This document shows, piece after piece, positions 1 through 9,612 of a DNA stretch of 64,000 nucleotides (its first letter is position 1; every line of letters begins with the position of its first letter). The DNA is from an uncultured Pelagibacteraceae bacterium. Its GTDB lineage: Bacteria; Pseudomonadota; Alphaproteobacteria; Pelagibacterales; Pelagibacteraceae. The position numbers were made by a program, and so were the translations under genes. The stretch covers positions 29,092 through 93,091 of the forward strand of contig CACIVM010000002.1 of the NCBI GenBank assembly GCA_902590115.1, written 5' to 3'. The notes under the pieces were generated by a model, which had not been told where the DNA came from, did not search any database, and was given only the letters and a program-made list of their open reading frames with translations.

Positions 1-239
1 CTTTAAAAAATAATAAACAAATCAAACAAGAAAAGATTAAAAGTAAGTCATTGGGCTTCGGCTTTTATGGGATTTTGCTTTTAATATTAATATTTTTCAC
101 TACATTTCTGGGTATTTTAAACTTAACAAAAGAAATTTTAATTTTTAATTTTCCATATTTAGAAAACTATATAAATTATTTTTATGAAACAATTAATAAT
201 TTATCAATTATTATAAAAGATTTTTTTAATTATTATTAG
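1..239 (+). CDS. 3' end of a membrane-anchored hypothetical protein (5' part outside the window)
   Basis: The frame of ORF 51..239 is open back to the window edge (LKNNKQIKQEKIKSKSLGFGFYG...). A Lys-rich linker is followed by a hydrophobic TM segment; stop TAG at 237-239. Confidence 0.6.
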   Translation, partial: LKNNKQIKQEKIKSKSLGFGFYGILLLILIFFTTFLGILNLTKEILIFNFPYLENYINYFYETINNLSIIIKDFFNYY

Positions 240-2789
240 TTAATTTTCCAGCGATTTAATATTTATTATTTTTTTTGATAACTCACTATTATTTTTTTTG
301 ATATCTTCAAAGAAGTTCCATGCTAAAACAATCAAAATATTATCGTCATTTTTTATTTTATTTTTACTTTTTATTTGAATATCAACTCCAGGAATAAATT
401 TATTATGCTTCATTGGGTTATCTTCAATTATGAAATCAATTTCATTTTTTATTCCATAAAAATTTAAAGCTGTTGTAGCTTTTGCAGGAGCGCCATAACC
501 GATTATTTTTTTTTCCTTATTATTCTTTTTTAAATTTTGAATATTTTTTAAAAAATTTTTTTTAAGTTTTGTAATTTTTTTTCCAAAATTTTCGTAAGTA
601 CTAAATTTTTTTATACCAAATCTTTCCTCTTCCTTTAAAATTTTTTTTACACTCTTATCTTCTTTAATCTTGATATTGTTTGATAAATAAACTCTTAATG
701 AGCCTCCGTGTGTATCTATTTTCTTAACTTTGTAAATTTTTAATTTAAAATTTTTGATGAAATTTAAAAATGAGGTCAAAGACCAATAATTATAATGCTC
801 ATGATAGATATTGTCAAAAGTCATATCTTTTAAAGTATTTATGATGTATTGAAATTCAATAACAATTACACTATTTTTTTTTAGAAGTTTACACATGCAT
901 TGTGCCATCTCTTTTAAATTATCTGAGTGAGCAAATACATTTGAGGCCAATATAAGATCTGCATTTCCTTTAATCTTTTTTAAATTTTTTAAAGTCAAAA
1001 ACATATTTTTCGTTTTTATACCTTTGTTGTTCGCCAGTTTTGCAAGATTTTTCGCTGGTTCTATTCCTAATATTTTTTTAAATCCCATGTCTTTAAAAGG
1101 TTTTAAAGCAACACCGTCATTACTACCTACATCGATGATGAATGACTTTTTTTTTAATTTAAACTCTTTTACGTAGTTCTTTGCGGCTTCCTCAAAATGA
1201 CGTCTGAAAACTTTAGAAGTTGAAGAAGTATAAAGATAATTTGAAAACATTTCTTTTGAGTCGATCGAGACAGATAGTTGACAGTTAAAACAGTTTTCAC
1301 AAAAATTGACCTCAAGCGGATAAAATTTTACTTTATCATTTTTATTATTTTTCAAATTATTTGCTAGGGGTTGATAACCTAAAGAAATAAATCTTTTCAA
1401 AGACTTATTACCACAAGATCTACAATCAAATTTATAAATTTCCAAAAGAGTCTGCTTTTCATTATTATCAACTAACTCAGACTTTATTGTGTGAGTTATT
1501 CCGTAATTTTTGTGCTCTCTTTCCCCCCTCACTAAATTTAAAAAAACTGAATCTTTTGTAAATATCATTGCGTGAGCTACATTAGGTTTAGTGACAATCA
1601 AATCTCCCTCGTTAACTAAATGAGTTGTTTTAATAGAGCCCTGGTTTAATAAATCTTGATAAACACTTATGAACTGTCCTTTAGTTAACAAGCATTTTTG
1701 CTCTTGTACTGGATGATAATGATTAGCTCTAACACTTCCCTTTTTAGAGCTAATAAGACCAATTAAATTTATTGGCTCTGTTAGTTCGTGATTGCTTATT
1801 TTGCCTCTCAAATCAATAAACTCTTTTTCACCTTTGGTTATGTATTCTAAGCGCTCAAAATTTTTTTCTTTGATCATCCACATCTCTATCATTTCAGCAA
1901 TAGACTGATTTAAATTATATAAAAAAGAAAAACCTGTTTTTAATAGTTTTTTATTAGACAAAGTATATCCGAGATTCGGCACTTCATCTGTAGTGGTTTC
2001 AATTTTAAGATTATTGTTATAATTTTTACAAATTTCTGCTACTTGTTTTACTGTTACTGTTTCTTTAGTAACATTAAAAATTTCTTTTTTTATATTTTTT
2101 TCTTCCATAAATTTAAAGCATCTAGCCACATCTATTAAAGGGCTTAAACTTTTGAGCTGTTTTCCTCCAGAAAATAATTTAATAGTCCCATTTTGAGACG
2201 CGATTTTTGAAAAAAGATTCGGCATTATATTTATTCTTGTAGCGTCGCCTGAAAAACCATATACCGAACCTAGTCTTAATATAATATAGTTTTTACCGGA
2301 TTTTATAATTTGTTGTTCATTATTAACTTTACTACTAGAATAAGCTAGAAAAGTACTTGGTTGTTCATTTTCAGTAATATTTAATTTTGTACTTTTCAAA
2401 CCCTCAAAAATTACATGAGTAGATGGAAAAATAATTTTTGCTTTATCACTCATAGAGTCCAAAATATTTTGAGTCCCTTGAATAGCAGTAGATTTTATAA
2501 GAGCATCTCTTTCTAAGTTTGACTCTTTTTTCACATAAGCAACATTAGTAATTCCTGCTAAGTGATGGATTATATGCGCGTCGCTGATTATCTTTTTAAT
2601 AAAATCTTTATCTAATATATCACACTGGATAAATTTAATATTCCATTTATTTAACTGTTTGACTCTCTCTGAATAAAATTTATTATCTAATACCAAAATC
2701 TCACTATTCCAAGACTCTCCCGAATATAATCTACAAAGTTCAGTTCCAATATAGCCTAATCCGCCAGTAATAATAATTTTTTTTTTCAT
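240..2789 (-). CDS. Three-domain NDP-sugar modifying enzyme: extended SDR epimerase/reductase + cupin (RmlC/FdtA-like) + Zn/SAM-dependent sugar C-methyltransferase
   Basis: SDR: ITGGLGYIG and YSSSK (~Y150). Cupin: DLRG...RANHYH...KPNVAH (~aa 325-410). C-methyltransferase: CRSC...LGYQPLAN...CENC, IDVGSNDG, FDNIYHEH, GYGAPAKATT (aa ~455-849). Confidence 0.85.
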   Translation of the reverse strand: MKKKIIITGGLGYIGTELCRLYSGESWNSEILVLDNKFYSERVKQLNKWNIKFIQCDILDKDFIKKIISDAHIIHHLAGITNVAYVKKESNLERDALIKSTAIQGTQNILDSMSDKAKIIFPSTHVIFEGLKSTKLNITENEQPSTFLAYSSSKVNNEQQIIKSGKNYIILRLGSVYGFSGDATRINIMPNLFSKIASQNGTIKLFSGGKQLKSLSPLIDVARCFKFMEEKNIKKEIFNVTKETVTVKQVAEICKNYNNNLKIETTTDEVPNLGYTLSNKKLLKTGFSFLYNLNQSIAEMIEMWMIKEKNFERLEYITKGEKEFIDLRGKISNHELTEPINLIGLISSKKGSVRANHYHPVQEQKCLLTKGQFISVYQDLLNQGSIKTTHLVNEGDLIVTKPNVAHAMIFTKDSVFLNLVRGEREHKNYGITHTIKSELVDNNEKQTLLEIYKFDCRSCGNKSLKRFISLGYQPLANNLKNNKNDKVKFYPLEVNFCENCFNCQLSVSIDSKEMFSNYLYTSSTSKVFRRHFEEAAKNYVKEFKLKKKSFIIDVGSNDGVALKPFKDMGFKKILGIEPAKNLAKLANNKGIKTKNMFLTLKNLKKIKGNADLILASNVFAHSDNLKEMAQCMCKLLKKNSVIVIEFQYIINTLKDMTFDNIYHEHYNYWSLTSFLNFIKNFKLKIYKVKKIDTHGGSLRVYLSNNIKIKEDKSVKKILKEEERFGIKKFSTYENFGKKITKLKKNFLKNIQNLKKNNKEKKIIGYGAPAKATTALNFYGIKNEIDFIIEDNPMKHNKFIPGVDIQIKSKNKIKNDDNILIVLAWNFFEDIKKNNSELSKKIINIKSLEN

Positions 2790-2834
2790 AAAGTTAATTT
2801 ACATAATATAAAATTTATAATATCTCATTACCAT

Positions 2835-3719
2835 ATGAATTTTTACGATTGTTTCATGTTTTTTGACGAGGAATTATTATTAGATATAAGGCTAAATATA
2901 CTCAATAAATACATAAAAAAATTTGTTGTAGCTGAGTCTTTATACACCCACAAAGGCGAAAAAAGAAATCTTAAATTTAACATAGATAATTATAAAAAAT
3001 TTAAAGATAAGATAGAGTATATTGTGGTTGATAAACAACCAAATAACTTATCCGAAATAAGTAGAAATGATAGTTATCATGAAAAAAATTCGAAAATTTT
3101 AATTAACGCACTTAAAAGGGAAAACTTTCAGAGAAACATGCTTGCTAAAGGAATTTCAGATTGTATGGATAATGATTTAATTTTTATAAGCGATGTTGAT
3201 GAATTACCCAATTTAGAAAGTTTAAAAGAAATTAAAAAATTAAATTTTTTTAATCAAAAAATGTATTATTATAAATTTAATTTAGAATTTAAAAATAAAG
3301 TTTGGGTGGGTACTCGGGCATGTAAGAAAAAAGATTTAATTAGTCCTCAATGGTTAAGAAATATAAAGTTTAAATATTACCCATTTTGGCGTCTTGATAC
3401 TTTTTTTTCCAAAAAAAAATATATAAATGTAAATTTTATTGATAACGGTGGTTGGCATTTTACAAATATTAAATCTCCTAAAGAAATCCACTATAAACTC
3501 TCAAATTTTCTTCATCATCTTGAATATGAACATAGTGGAATTACTGAAGAAGAATTGAGAAATATAATTAAAGATAAAAAAATTTACTATGATCATGAAG
3601 TTGATAAGTCCTCGTCCAAGTGGAAACCTTCGGTTAAACTCGAAAGAGCTAATTTAAGCGACCTGCCTGAATATCTAAGAAAAAATAAGGAAAAATTAAC
3701 GGAATGGTTTGATTTTTAA
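2835..3719 (+). CDS. Glycosyltransferase family 17-like protein (MGAT3/beta-1,4-GlcNAc transferase-like)
   Basis: YDCFMFFDEELLLDIRLNIL...FVVAES..TH.G, RENFQRN, DxD motif ISDVDE and GGWHF match the GT17 pattern. Confidence 0.75.
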   Translation: MNFYDCFMFFDEELLLDIRLNILNKYIKKFVVAESLYTHKGEKRNLKFNIDNYKKFKDKIEYIVVDKQPNNLSEISRNDSYHEKNSKILINALKRENFQRNMLAKGISDCMDNDLIFISDVDELPNLESLKEIKKLNFFNQKMYYYKFNLEFKNKVWVGTRACKKKDLISPQWLRNIKFKYYPFWRLDTFFSKKKYINVNFIDNGGWHFTNIKSPKEIHYKLSNFLHHLEYEHSGITEEELRNIIKDKKIYYDHEVDKSSSKWKPSVKLERANLSDLPEYLRKNKEKLTEWFDF

Positions 3720-3722
3720 ATA

Positions 3723-6110
3723 TTAGTGTCTGCTTGATATTTCTTGTTTTGTTTTTTTGCTCTGAGAAATTGTATCAACCTCAACCCAATTATTAATTTT
3801 TTTGAGCTTTTTTGTTAAAGCTATTTTTAATACTTCCTCAACATTATCTACTGTAATAATCTCAATACTTTTTTTAATTATTTCAGGCACATCTTTTAAA
3901 TCTTTTTTATTTTCACCGGGTATCAACACTTTTTTTATGCCCGCTCTGTGAGCCGCTAAAAGTTTCTCTTTCAAGCCACCTATCGGCAGCACCACTCCTC
4001 TCAAAGTAATTTCTCCTGTCATAGCGACATTCTTATTGACGGGTATTTCAGTAATTGCTGATACGATTGATGTTATCATTGCAACGCCAGCTGAAGGACC
4101 GTCCTTTGGTGTTGCTCCTTCGGGAACATGAATATGAAAATCCTTTTTTTCAAAAATTGGAGGGGTGATACCAAAATCTAAACTTTTTGATCTGATATAG
4201 GATTTAGCTGCTTTAACTGACTCTTGCATTACTTCACCTAATTTACCCGTTATTTGCATCTTACCTTTTCCTGGCATTATTACTGACTCGATTTTTAAAA
4301 TTTCACCACCAACCTCAGTCCAAGCCAAGCCGGTAACGACACCAACTCTATCTTTATTTTCTGCTTCTCCATAATTAAACTTAGGAACACCTAAATAATC
4401 TTGTAAATCATTTTTTGAAATAGGGTTGCTTACAGAATTTTTTGAATCTAATTTTCTCACAATTTTTCTCGCAATTTTGGAAAGTTCTCTCTCTAAGTTT
4501 CTTACCCCTGACTCTCTTGTATAGTTTCTAATAATTGATCTTATTTCTTTATCATTGATACTCCACTCATCTTTTTTTAAACCATTATTTTTAATTTGTT
4601 TTGGTAACAAATATTTTTTTGAAATATTAACTTTCTCATCTTCTGTATAACCAGAAATTCTAATAACCTCCATTCTATCTAATAAAGGAGGCAAAATATT
4701 TAATGTATTCGCAGTTGTAACAAACATCACATCCGATAAATCAAAGTCGACTTCTAAATAATGATCGTTAAACTCATTATTTTGTTCTGGATCTAGTGCC
4801 TCTAATAGAGCAGAAGATGGGTCTCCTCTATAATCATTTCCTACTTTGTCAATTTCATCCAATAAAAATAATGGATTTTTGGTACCCGCTTTTTTCATCA
4901 TTTGTATAATTTTTCCAGGTAAAGAGCCAATGTAAGTTCTTCTATGACCTCTTATTTCAGCTTCATCTCTAATCCCTCCTAAAGATATTCTTATAAATTT
5001 TCTATTAGTTGCTCTTGCAATAGATTTTCCTAAAGACGTTTTTCCAACTCCTGGTGGGCCTACTAAACATAATATAGGTCCTTTTAATTTATTAGTTCTT
5101 TTCTGAACAGCCAAAAATTCTATTATTCTCTCTTTAACTTTTTCTAATCCAAAATGATCTTCATCAAGAACTTTTTCTGCAGTTTTCAAATCAGAATTAA
5201 TTTTGCTTTTTGTCGCCCACGGTAAATCAGTCATCCAGTCTAAATAATTTCTTACAACTGTTGCTTCAGCTGACATCGGACTCATAGACTTTAATTTTTT
5301 TAATTCTGAATAACACTTTTCTTGAGCAGTTTTAGGCATTTTAGCTTCTTTAATTGCTTTAGATAAATTTGTTACCTCATCTTTGCCTTCATCGATTTCT
5401 CCTAGTTCCTTTTGAATAGCCTTAAGCTGCTCGTTGAGGTAATACTCTCGTTGAGTTTTTTCCATCTGGTTTTTTACTCTTCCTCTTATCTTTTTTTCAA
5501 CAGATACTAGACTTGTTTCCTTATCTATAATTTCAAAAATTTTTTCTAATTTTTTTCTTAAATCAGTTGTTTCAAGTAATTTTTGTTTTTCAAAAAGTGG
5601 TATATTTAAGTTTGCGCTAATATTATTTGCGATTTGGCTAGCATCTTTAATGCCTTTTATATTGCTTAAAAAGTCTGGAATCTCTTTTTTGGTCAGAATT
5701 GATAATTTCTCAAATTTTTTAACTATGCTTATTGCATAATTATCTAAATCTTTTGTTTTAGCTTCCTCGTTTATTTTTTCAAACTCACAGACCAAATACT
5801 CTTTTTCACTTTTTTCAATTTTGACTATTTTTACTTTTGACTCTCCTTCTACTAATACTTTGACTGTACCATCAGGTAATTTTAATAATTGTAATATTTT
5901 ACTTACGCAACCGTAGCTGTATAAATCTGTATCAACTGGTTCATCAATTTCTGAATTTTTTTGAGCAACTAATACAATAGATTTGTCCTCTTTCATTGCT
6001 TCTTGAAGAGCTTTGATAGACTTATCTCTACCCACAAATAGCGGTACAACCATAGTCGGAAAAATCACTATGTCTCTTAAGGGAAGTAATGGTTTTACTT
6101 TATCGCTCAT
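3723..6110 (-). CDS. lon: ATP-dependent Lon protease
   Basis: PLLPLRD N-domain, Walker [25 protein letters not shown] (catalytic Ser), IGGLKEK. Confidence 0.99.
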   Translation of the reverse strand: MSDKVKPLLPLRDIVIFPTMVVPLFVGRDKSIKALQEAMKEDKSIVLVAQKNSEIDEPVDTDLYSYGCVSKILQLLKLPDGTVKVLVEGESKVKIVKIEKSEKEYLVCEFEKINEEAKTKDLDNYAISIVKKFEKLSILTKKEIPDFLSNIKGIKDASQIANNISANLNIPLFEKQKLLETTDLRKKLEKIFEIIDKETSLVSVEKKIRGRVKNQMEKTQREYYLNEQLKAIQKELGEIDEGKDEVTNLSKAIKEAKMPKTAQEKCYSELKKLKSMSPMSAEATVVRNYLDWMTDLPWATKSKINSDLKTAEKVLDEDHFGLEKVKERIIEFLAVQKRTNKLKGPILCLVGPPGVGKTSLGKSIARATNRKFIRISLGGIRDEAEIRGHRRTYIGSLPGKIIQMMKKAGTKNPLFLLDEIDKVGNDYRGDPSSALLEALDPEQNNEFNDHYLEVDFDLSDVMFVTTANTLNILPPLLDRMEVIRISGYTEDEKVNISKKYLLPKQIKNNGLKKDEWSINDKEIRSIIRNYTRESGVRNLERELSKIARKIVRKLDSKNSVSNPISKNDLQDYLGVPKFNYGEAENKDRVGVVTGLAWTEVGGEILKIESVIMPGKGKMQITGKLGEVMQESVKAAKSYIRSKSLDFGITPPIFEKKDFHIHVPEGATPKDGPSAGVAMITSIVSAITEIPVNKNVAMTGEITLRGVVLPIGGLKEKLLAAHRAGIKKVLIPGENKKDLKDVPEIIKKSIEIITVDNVEEVLKIALTKKLKKINNWVEVDTISQSKKTKQEISSRH

Positions 6111-6120
6111 ATAATATTGT

Positions 6121-6149
6121 TATATGTTAATTTGATTGTTAATTTCAAG
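6121..6149 (-). promoter_or_regulatory. Candidate RpoH (sigma32) heat-shock promoter for lon
   Basis: Minus strand reads CTTGAA-N17-CATATA, ending 10 nt before the lon ATG. It resembles the alphaproteobacterial RpoH consensus CTTGAA-N16/17-CCTATA. Confidence 0.55.
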
Positions 6150-6163
6150 AAGCAATTTTAATT

Positions 6164-7414
6164 TTAAGCTACTGATGTTGATTGTTTTTTTCCATATGTG
6201 ACAATAGGTTCTTTTTCACCTTTTACTGCACTTTTATCTACAGTAACCTTAATCACATCCTGCATATCGGGAAGATCGAACATGGTTTTTAGTAGAATAT
6301 TTTCTATTATTGATCTTAAACCTCTTGCACCAGTTTTTTTATTAATTGCTTTTTTTGCAATTTCTTGAATACCGTCATCTTTAAAATCTAGCTCTACATT
6401 TTCAAATTCAAATAATCTTTTATATTGTTTAATTAAAGAGTTTTTGGGTTCCTTTAAAATTTTAATCAAAGACTTTTCGTCTAAATCGTTAAGAGTTGCA
6501 ATTATTGGCATCCTACCGATGAACTCAGGTATTAAACCATACTTAATTAAATCTTCTGGTTCAAGAGATTTCATTATTTCTGACAATGGAGTGTCTTTGG
6601 TCGCTTTTACTTTAGCATTAAATCCTATGGATGTTCCTCTACCTCTCATTTCAATAATTTTTTCAAGACCCGCAAAGGCTCCTCCGCATATGAATAAAAT
6701 ATTTGTAGTGTCTACTTGTAAGAATTCTTGTTGCGGATGTTTTCTACCACCTTGAGGTGGAACACTGGCTATTGTGCCCTCCATAATTTTTAAAAGCGCT
6801 TGCTGAACTCCTTCGCCTGACACATCTCTTGTTATTGATGGATTCTCAGATTTCCTACTAATTTTATCTACCTCATCAATATAAACTATTCCTCTTTGGG
6901 CTTTTTCAACATTATAGTCTGCTGCTTGTAATAATTTTAAAATAATATTTTCTACATCCTCACCCACATAACCAGCTTCTGTTAAGGTTGTTGCGTCAGC
7001 CATAGTAAAAGGTACATCTAAAATTCTTGCTAAAGTTTGAGCTAATAAGGTCTTACCACATCCTGTTGGTCCAACTAATAATATATTTGATTTAGATAGC
7101 TCAACATCTTTATTATTTTTTGTCTCATGATTAAGTCTTTTGTAATGATTGTGTACCGCAACTGAGAGCACCTCTTTTGCAAAATTTTGCCCAATAACAT
7201 AATCATCTAGTATGTTGCAAATCTCTTTAGGCGTTGGAACTCCGTCTTGATTTTTAACAATTGAACTTTTGCTCTCCTCTTTAATAATATCCATGCAAAG
7301 TTCAACGCACTCGTCGCAAATGAATACAGTTGGTCCAGCAATTAATTTTCTAACTTCGTGCTGGCTTTTTCCGCAAAAAGAACAGTATAGTATATTTTTA
7401 TTTTTTTCAGACAT
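6164..7414 (-). CDS. clpX: ATP-dependent Clp protease ATP-binding subunit ClpX
   Basis: Zn finger CSFC...[23 protein letters not shown] loop. Confidence 0.99.
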   Translation of the reverse strand: MSEKNKNILYCSFCGKSQHEVRKLIAGPTVFICDECVELCMDIIKEESKSSIVKNQDGVPTPKEICNILDDYVIGQNFAKEVLSVAVHNHYKRLNHETKNNKDVELSKSNILLVGPTGCGKTLLAQTLARILDVPFTMADATTLTEAGYVGEDVENIILKLLQAADYNVEKAQRGIVYIDEVDKISRKSENPSITRDVSGEGVQQALLKIMEGTIASVPPQGGRKHPQQEFLQVDTTNILFICGGAFAGLEKIIEMRGRGTSIGFNAKVKATKDTPLSEIMKSLEPEDLIKYGLIPEFIGRMPIIATLNDLDEKSLIKILKEPKNSLIKQYKRLFEFENVELDFKDDGIQEIAKKAINKKTGARGLRSIIENILLKTMFDLPDMQDVIKVTVDKSAVKGEKEPIVTYGKKQSTSVA

Positions 7415-7433
7415 AACGAATCAACTTTTCTTA

Positions 7434-7462
7434 AATATAAATGTATGATTAGACTAGATCAA
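7434..7462 (-). promoter_or_regulatory. Candidate sigma70-type promoter for clpX
   Basis: Minus strand TTGATC-N17-TATATT in the clpP-clpX spacer. Confidence 0.4.
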
Positions 7463-7495
7463 GCTGAAGTTGTAACGTAATCAACATATTGTGCT

Positions 7496-8107
7496 TTATT
7501 TTCTTTTTTCCACAACAGAGTCAATCAAACCAAATTTTTTAGCATCATCTGGGGTCATAAAATTATCCCTTTCTAGAGCTTTAGATATTTCATCTACAGA
7601 TTTGCCAGTGTGTTTTGAATATATTGTATTTAATCTAGTTTTTAAAGATTGGATCTCTTTTGCATGAATTTGAATATCTGTGGCTTGTCCTTGAAAACCA
7701 GCCGAGGGTTGATGAACCATTATTCTAGAATTTGGTAAAGAGTATCTTTTTCCCTTTTCGCCTGCAGCTAATAAAAAAGATCCCATTGATGATGCTTGTC
7801 CTATGCAGAGTGTTGATACAGGTGAATTAATATATTGCATTGTATCATAAATTCCTAAACCAGCAGTTACTAAGCCTCCTGGACTATTGATATAAAAATT
7901 GATTTCTTTATTTGGATTTTCAGATTCTAAAAATAGAAGTTGAGCAGTAACTAATGAAGCAACTGTATCATTAACTGGTCCTACCAAAAATACAATTCTT
8001 TCCTTTAAAAGTCTGGAATATATATCATATGCTCTTTCTCCTTTACCGGTTTGCTCTACTACCATAGGAATTAAATTGCTCATATAATCTTCAAAATTAC
8101 GACTCAT
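7496..8107 (-). CDS. clpP: Clp protease proteolytic subunit ClpP
   Basis: [28 protein letters not shown] (Ser), MVHQP (His), ERDNF (Asp). The start could be either of two N-terminal Mets. Confidence 0.99.
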   Translation of the reverse strand: MSRNFEDYMSNLIPMVVEQTGKGERAYDIYSRLLKERIVFLVGPVNDTVASLVTAQLLFLESENPNKEINFYINSPGGLVTAGLGIYDTMQYINSPVSTLCIGQASSMGSFLLAAGEKGKRYSLPNSRIMVHQPSAGFQGQATDIQIHAKEIQSLKTRLNTIYSKHTGKSVDEISKALERDNFMTPDDAKKFGLIDSVVEKRK

Positions 8108-8152
8108 AATGAGTTTTTATACAACTATTGATTAGTTTTTGCTAATTTTTTC

Positions 8153-9502
8153 TTATTTAGCTTTATCTTTGTTGGTTTTTTTTGTTTTATTTTGTTTTGG
8201 AATATCATTGGGTTTATTAAAGTCTGCTAAAATTTTATCTGCTTCTTTCATTGAAATATTTTTAGTATTTAATTTACACTTGCTTTTAATAAAATTTATA
8301 ACTTTTTCCTCATATAAAGATCCACGTAAGTTTTGTGTTGCCAAAGGATTTTTTTGATAATACTCAAAAATAAGCTTTTCTTGACCAGGCATACCCTTAA
8401 CTTGTTTTTGAATTTCACTTTTAATTTCCTCATCTTTTACTTTTAAATTATTTTTTTCACCAAACTCATTTAAGATTAGTCCTAATTTGACTCTAGATTT
8501 TGCTAATTTCTCGTTTTTTGAACGGTGTTTTAAAATTTCATCTTTTTTTAAATTTTTGGTAATCAAGTTTATCTCATTTTCTACTAAATTGTCAGGCAAG
8601 CTGATATTATGGTTTTTTTCTAATTGATCAAAAATTTCTTTTTTAGAAATTGAACTTAGTGCTTGGGAATATTGATTAGACATTTGTTTTTCAATCATAT
8701 TTTTAAGTTCACCTAAATCTTTAGTACCCATTTGTTTTGCAAATTCATCGTCAATTTTACTAGATATACCTTTTTTAATTGAGGTAACTTTGCAGTCAAA
8801 TTTAGTTTTTTTGTTAGCTAATTCTTTTTTAGGATGATTAGAAGGTAATAAAACTTCAACAGATTTGTTTTCATTTATCTTTAAACCTTCCATTTGCTTG
8901 TCAAAATTTTCTAAAAAAAGATTTTTACCTAACTCTATTTTAATATTCTTACCTTCACTACCTTCAAATTTTTTTCCATCTATTGTCCCTGAGTAATCAA
9001 AAGTAATTTGATCTCCTGTTTCCGATTTTTCATTTGGTTTTTTTTCTATATACGTTTTATGACTATTTGCCATTTCTTTTATCTTTTCTTCAATGAATTT
9101 TTTATCTATTGAAATTTTATAATCTTTTATTTGAAATTTATCTAATGGAGACAATTTAATTTCTGGGAAGCAATCAACTTGTAATTCGTAATTTAAGTCT
9201 TTGCCCTCACCGAAAGTTTTTAAATCAATTTTTGGTTGACCAGCTGCCTTAATTTTTTTTTCCTCCAATGCTTTTGATGAAGTTTCTTTTAATAACTTAT
9301 CAATAACTTCTCCATAAACAGCTTTACCAAATTGATTTTTTATAACTGCAGCAGGAACTTTACCTGGTCTAAAACCCTTAAGTTGAACCTGCGATTGAAG
9401 CTCAATAAGTCTTTCCTCTAATTTTTTTTTAATAGATTTTTTGTCTACAAAAATTGATAGTGTAGTTCTTAACCCTTTTTTTGATTGTATTTCTATTTTC
9501 AT
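8153..9502 (-). CDS. tig: Trigger factor
   Basis: GFRPGKVP ribosome-binding signature and FKBP domain. The real start is ATG at 9502 (MKIEIQ); the track start at 9550 lies inside the tRNA. Confidence 0.97.
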   Translation of the reverse strand: MKIEIQSKKGLRTTLSIFVDKKSIKKKLEERLIELQSQVQLKGFRPGKVPAAVIKNQFGKAVYGEVIDKLLKETSSKALEEKKIKAAGQPKIDLKTFGEGKDLNYELQVDCFPEIKLSPLDKFQIKDYKISIDKKFIEEKIKEMANSHKTYIEKKPNEKSETGDQITFDYSGTIDGKKFEGSEGKNIKIELGKNLFLENFDKQMEGLKINENKSVEVLLPSNHPKKELANKKTKFDCKVTSIKKGISSKIDDEFAKQMGTKDLGELKNMIEKQMSNQYSQALSSISKKEIFDQLEKNHNISLPDNLVENEINLITKNLKKDEILKHRSKNEKLAKSRVKLGLILNEFGEKNNLKVKDEEIKSEIQKQVKGMPGQEKLIFEYYQKNPLATQNLRGSLYEEKVINFIKSKCKLNTKNISMKEADKILADFNKPNDIPKQNKTKKTNKDKAK

Positions 9503-9508
9503 AATTTT

Positions 9509-9593
9509 TGGTGGGCAAGAAGAGACTCGAACTCTTAAGCCTTGCGGCACTAGTTCCTAAGACTAGCGCGTATACCAATTCCGCCACTTGCCC
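9509..9593 (-). tRNA. tRNA-Leu(TAG), 85 nt, long variable arm, encoded CCA
   Basis: Reverse complement GGGCAAGTGGCGGAATTGGTATACGCGCTAGTCTTAGGAACTAGTGCCGCAAGGCTTAAGAGTTCGAGTCTCTTCTTGCCCACCA. Acceptor GGGCAAG/CTTGCCC, anticodon loop CT-TAG-GA, T-loop TTCGAGT. Confidence 0.98.
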
Positions 9594-9612
9594 ACATTAA
9601 TATTTTGATGAT

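Noticed and set aside
9503-9550. N-terminal extension of tig given by the ORF track (MPQGLRVRVSSCPPKI)
   Set aside because: It is a translation of the tRNA-Leu 3' half; the true start is ATG 9502.
9509-9593. tRNA-Leu as an integration site for an island
   Set aside because: No integrase, no duplicated tRNA 3' end seen, and tig follows directly as in the conserved arrangement.
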